Sequence record: LC739537.1
Direction: 5' to 3' (one strand)
Source of the DNA: Escherichia phage phiWec188
Length of the DNA: 64,000 nt
In this document: positions 63,295 to 64,000 of the stretch, piece by piece
Layout of the letters: the number at the start of each line of letters is the position of its first letter
Position numbering within the stretch: position 1 is the stretch's first letter
The notes under the pieces: model-generated
What the model saw: the letters and a program-made list of their open reading frames with translations, nothing else
What the model was told of the DNA's origin: nothing
Databases searched by the model: none
Position numbers and translations under genes: made by a program

Positions 63295-63480
63295 TTATTT
63301 GACTATGTGACGATCATTATATTCAGTGTAAAACTCGCAACCATCGTCACGACTATCAAGTTTAACAATGTAACCAGTTTGATAACGTTCAATAGATACC
63401 ATTGCATAAAACTTACCATTCAGGATATTTCTAACCAGATCGCCTTTTACCAATTCTTTCGTTTTCTTGTAAGTAGTCAT
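63295..63480 (-). CDS. hypothetical protein (61 aa)
   Basis: internal ATG; cassette upstream. Confidence 0.45.
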   Translation of the reverse strand: MTTYKKTKELVKGDLVRNILNGKFYAMVSIERYQTGYIVKLDSRDDGCEFYTEYNDRHIVK

Positions 63481-63497
63481 GATGTTTTCTCTTCTGT

Positions 63498-63560
63498 TAG
63501 GCGGGGCGCTTGTCGCCCCTATGTGATACATCTTATCAGGTTGATTCAGCTTGTCAAACT
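63498..63560 (-). promoter_or_regulatory. promoter-leader cassette (TTGACA-N16-TAAGAT, CACATAGGGGCGACAAGCGCCCC hairpin)
   Basis: member of repeated cassette family. Confidence 0.4.
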
Positions 63561-63738
63561 ATTTGTTAGCCGGATTATATGCCAGGACCGCGCCACTTGC
63601 TTTCACGCTTTCCGCTTCATAGTTGCGCAGATCGTTTTCTGTAAGATTGAGCGCGATCACTTCCTCGATCTCAATACCAGTGGCAAGGGCGATCTCTTTA
63701 ATGATGTTTGATGATCTGATAACGTTTACTGTTTTCAT
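63559..63738 (-). CDS. hypothetical protein (59 aa)
   Basis: AAGGTG RBS at internal ATG. Confidence 0.45.
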   Translation of the reverse strand: MKTVNVIRSSNIIKEIALATGIEIEEVIALNLTENDLRNYEAESVKASGAVLAYNPANK

Positions 63739-63748
63739 GGTGTGCACC

Positions 63749-63868
63749 TTATAAGATGATTGATAAGATAGTGATAACGAAAGCGATAACACCAACGGCG
63801 ATCGTAGTCTTACGCCCTTCGGATACTGCCGGATTCTCTACCGTGTATTCTACTGTGTATTTGTTCAT
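63749..63868 (-). CDS. small membrane ORF (39 aa)
   Basis: GAGGATAACACA RBS; C-terminal TM helix. Confidence 0.35.
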   Translation of the reverse strand: MNKYTVEYTVENPAVSEGRKTTIAVGVIAFVITILSIIL

Positions 63869-63884
63869 TGTGTTATCCTCTCGC

Positions 63885-63945
63885 TTGCTTTGGGAACTAT
63901 TCCCGCCGCCCTATGAATTAAATATACACTATCTCAAAATGATTG
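63885..63945 (-). promoter_or_regulatory. promoter-leader cassette (TTGCAA-N16-TATATT, CATAGGGCGGCGGGAA-TAG-TTCCC hairpin)
   Basis: member of repeated cassette family at window end. Confidence 0.35.
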
Positions 63946-64000
63946 CAAACCTTTTTCTAAATTATTTTTATGCAGTAAATAAACCATCGTTTACAACGGC

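Noticed and set aside
1-64000. tRNA, rRNA or CRISPR arrays
   Set aside because: I looked for T-arm consensus (GGTTCGAATCC-like) and regularly spaced direct repeats, especially in the non-coding regions, and found none convincing; a tRNAscan-SE/Infernal run would be needed to exclude small RNAs.
1-64000. Naming the phage genus (T5-like, T4-like, Felix O1-like were considered)
   Set aside because: Gene content is mixed (T4-type lysozyme and RNase H-like, but ThyX, Rml operon and serine recombinase); without a database comparison or structural genes in this window, a genus call would be a guess.

Overview
The window reads as part of a large virulent dsDNA phage genome, roughly 42% GC, with no rRNA, tRNA or CRISPR detected by eye. 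Coordinates of CDSs are anchored to the supplied ORF track (starts moved to internal ATG/GTG/TTG codons that have a Shine-Dalgarno); coordinates of promoters, hairpins and other small motifs were counted by hand and are approximate (a few nt). All functional calls are from motifs recognised by eye; no database search was run.

Layout: (i) a + strand block (0.66-36.65 kb) of tightly packed genes, mostly nucleotide metabolism and DNA processing: class Ia ribonucleotide reductase NrdA/NrdB, ThyX-type thymidylate synthase, glutaredoxin, ATP-dependent ligase-like enzyme, T4 RNase H-like 5' nuclease, DnaQ-like 3'-5' exonuclease, RdgC-like protein, PhoH, T4-type lysozyme, two metallophosphatases, a complete dTDP-L-rhamnose pathway (RmlB/A/C/D), an HslV-like peptidase, a SIR2-like protein and two small DNA methyltransferase-like genes. 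(ii) A convergent bidirectional terminator at about 36.66 kb. (iii) A - strand block (36.7-57.3 kb) of about 75 small genes, many translationally coupled by ATGA overlaps, containing a serine recombinase and a nine-member paralogous family of ~100-125 aa proteins. (iv) A ~1.6 kb non-coding, palindrome- and repeat-rich region (57.3-58.9 kb). (v) A - strand array (58.9-64 kb) of small genes, most preceded by a repeated promoter + conserved leader + 5' hairpin cassette.

The best candidates for undescribed biology are the nine-paralog small-protein family, the repeated promoter-leader-hairpin cassettes, the large non-coding region, a Dam-like methyltransferase interrupted at an A4C5 tract, and the phage-borne SIR2-like, HslV-like and Rml genes.
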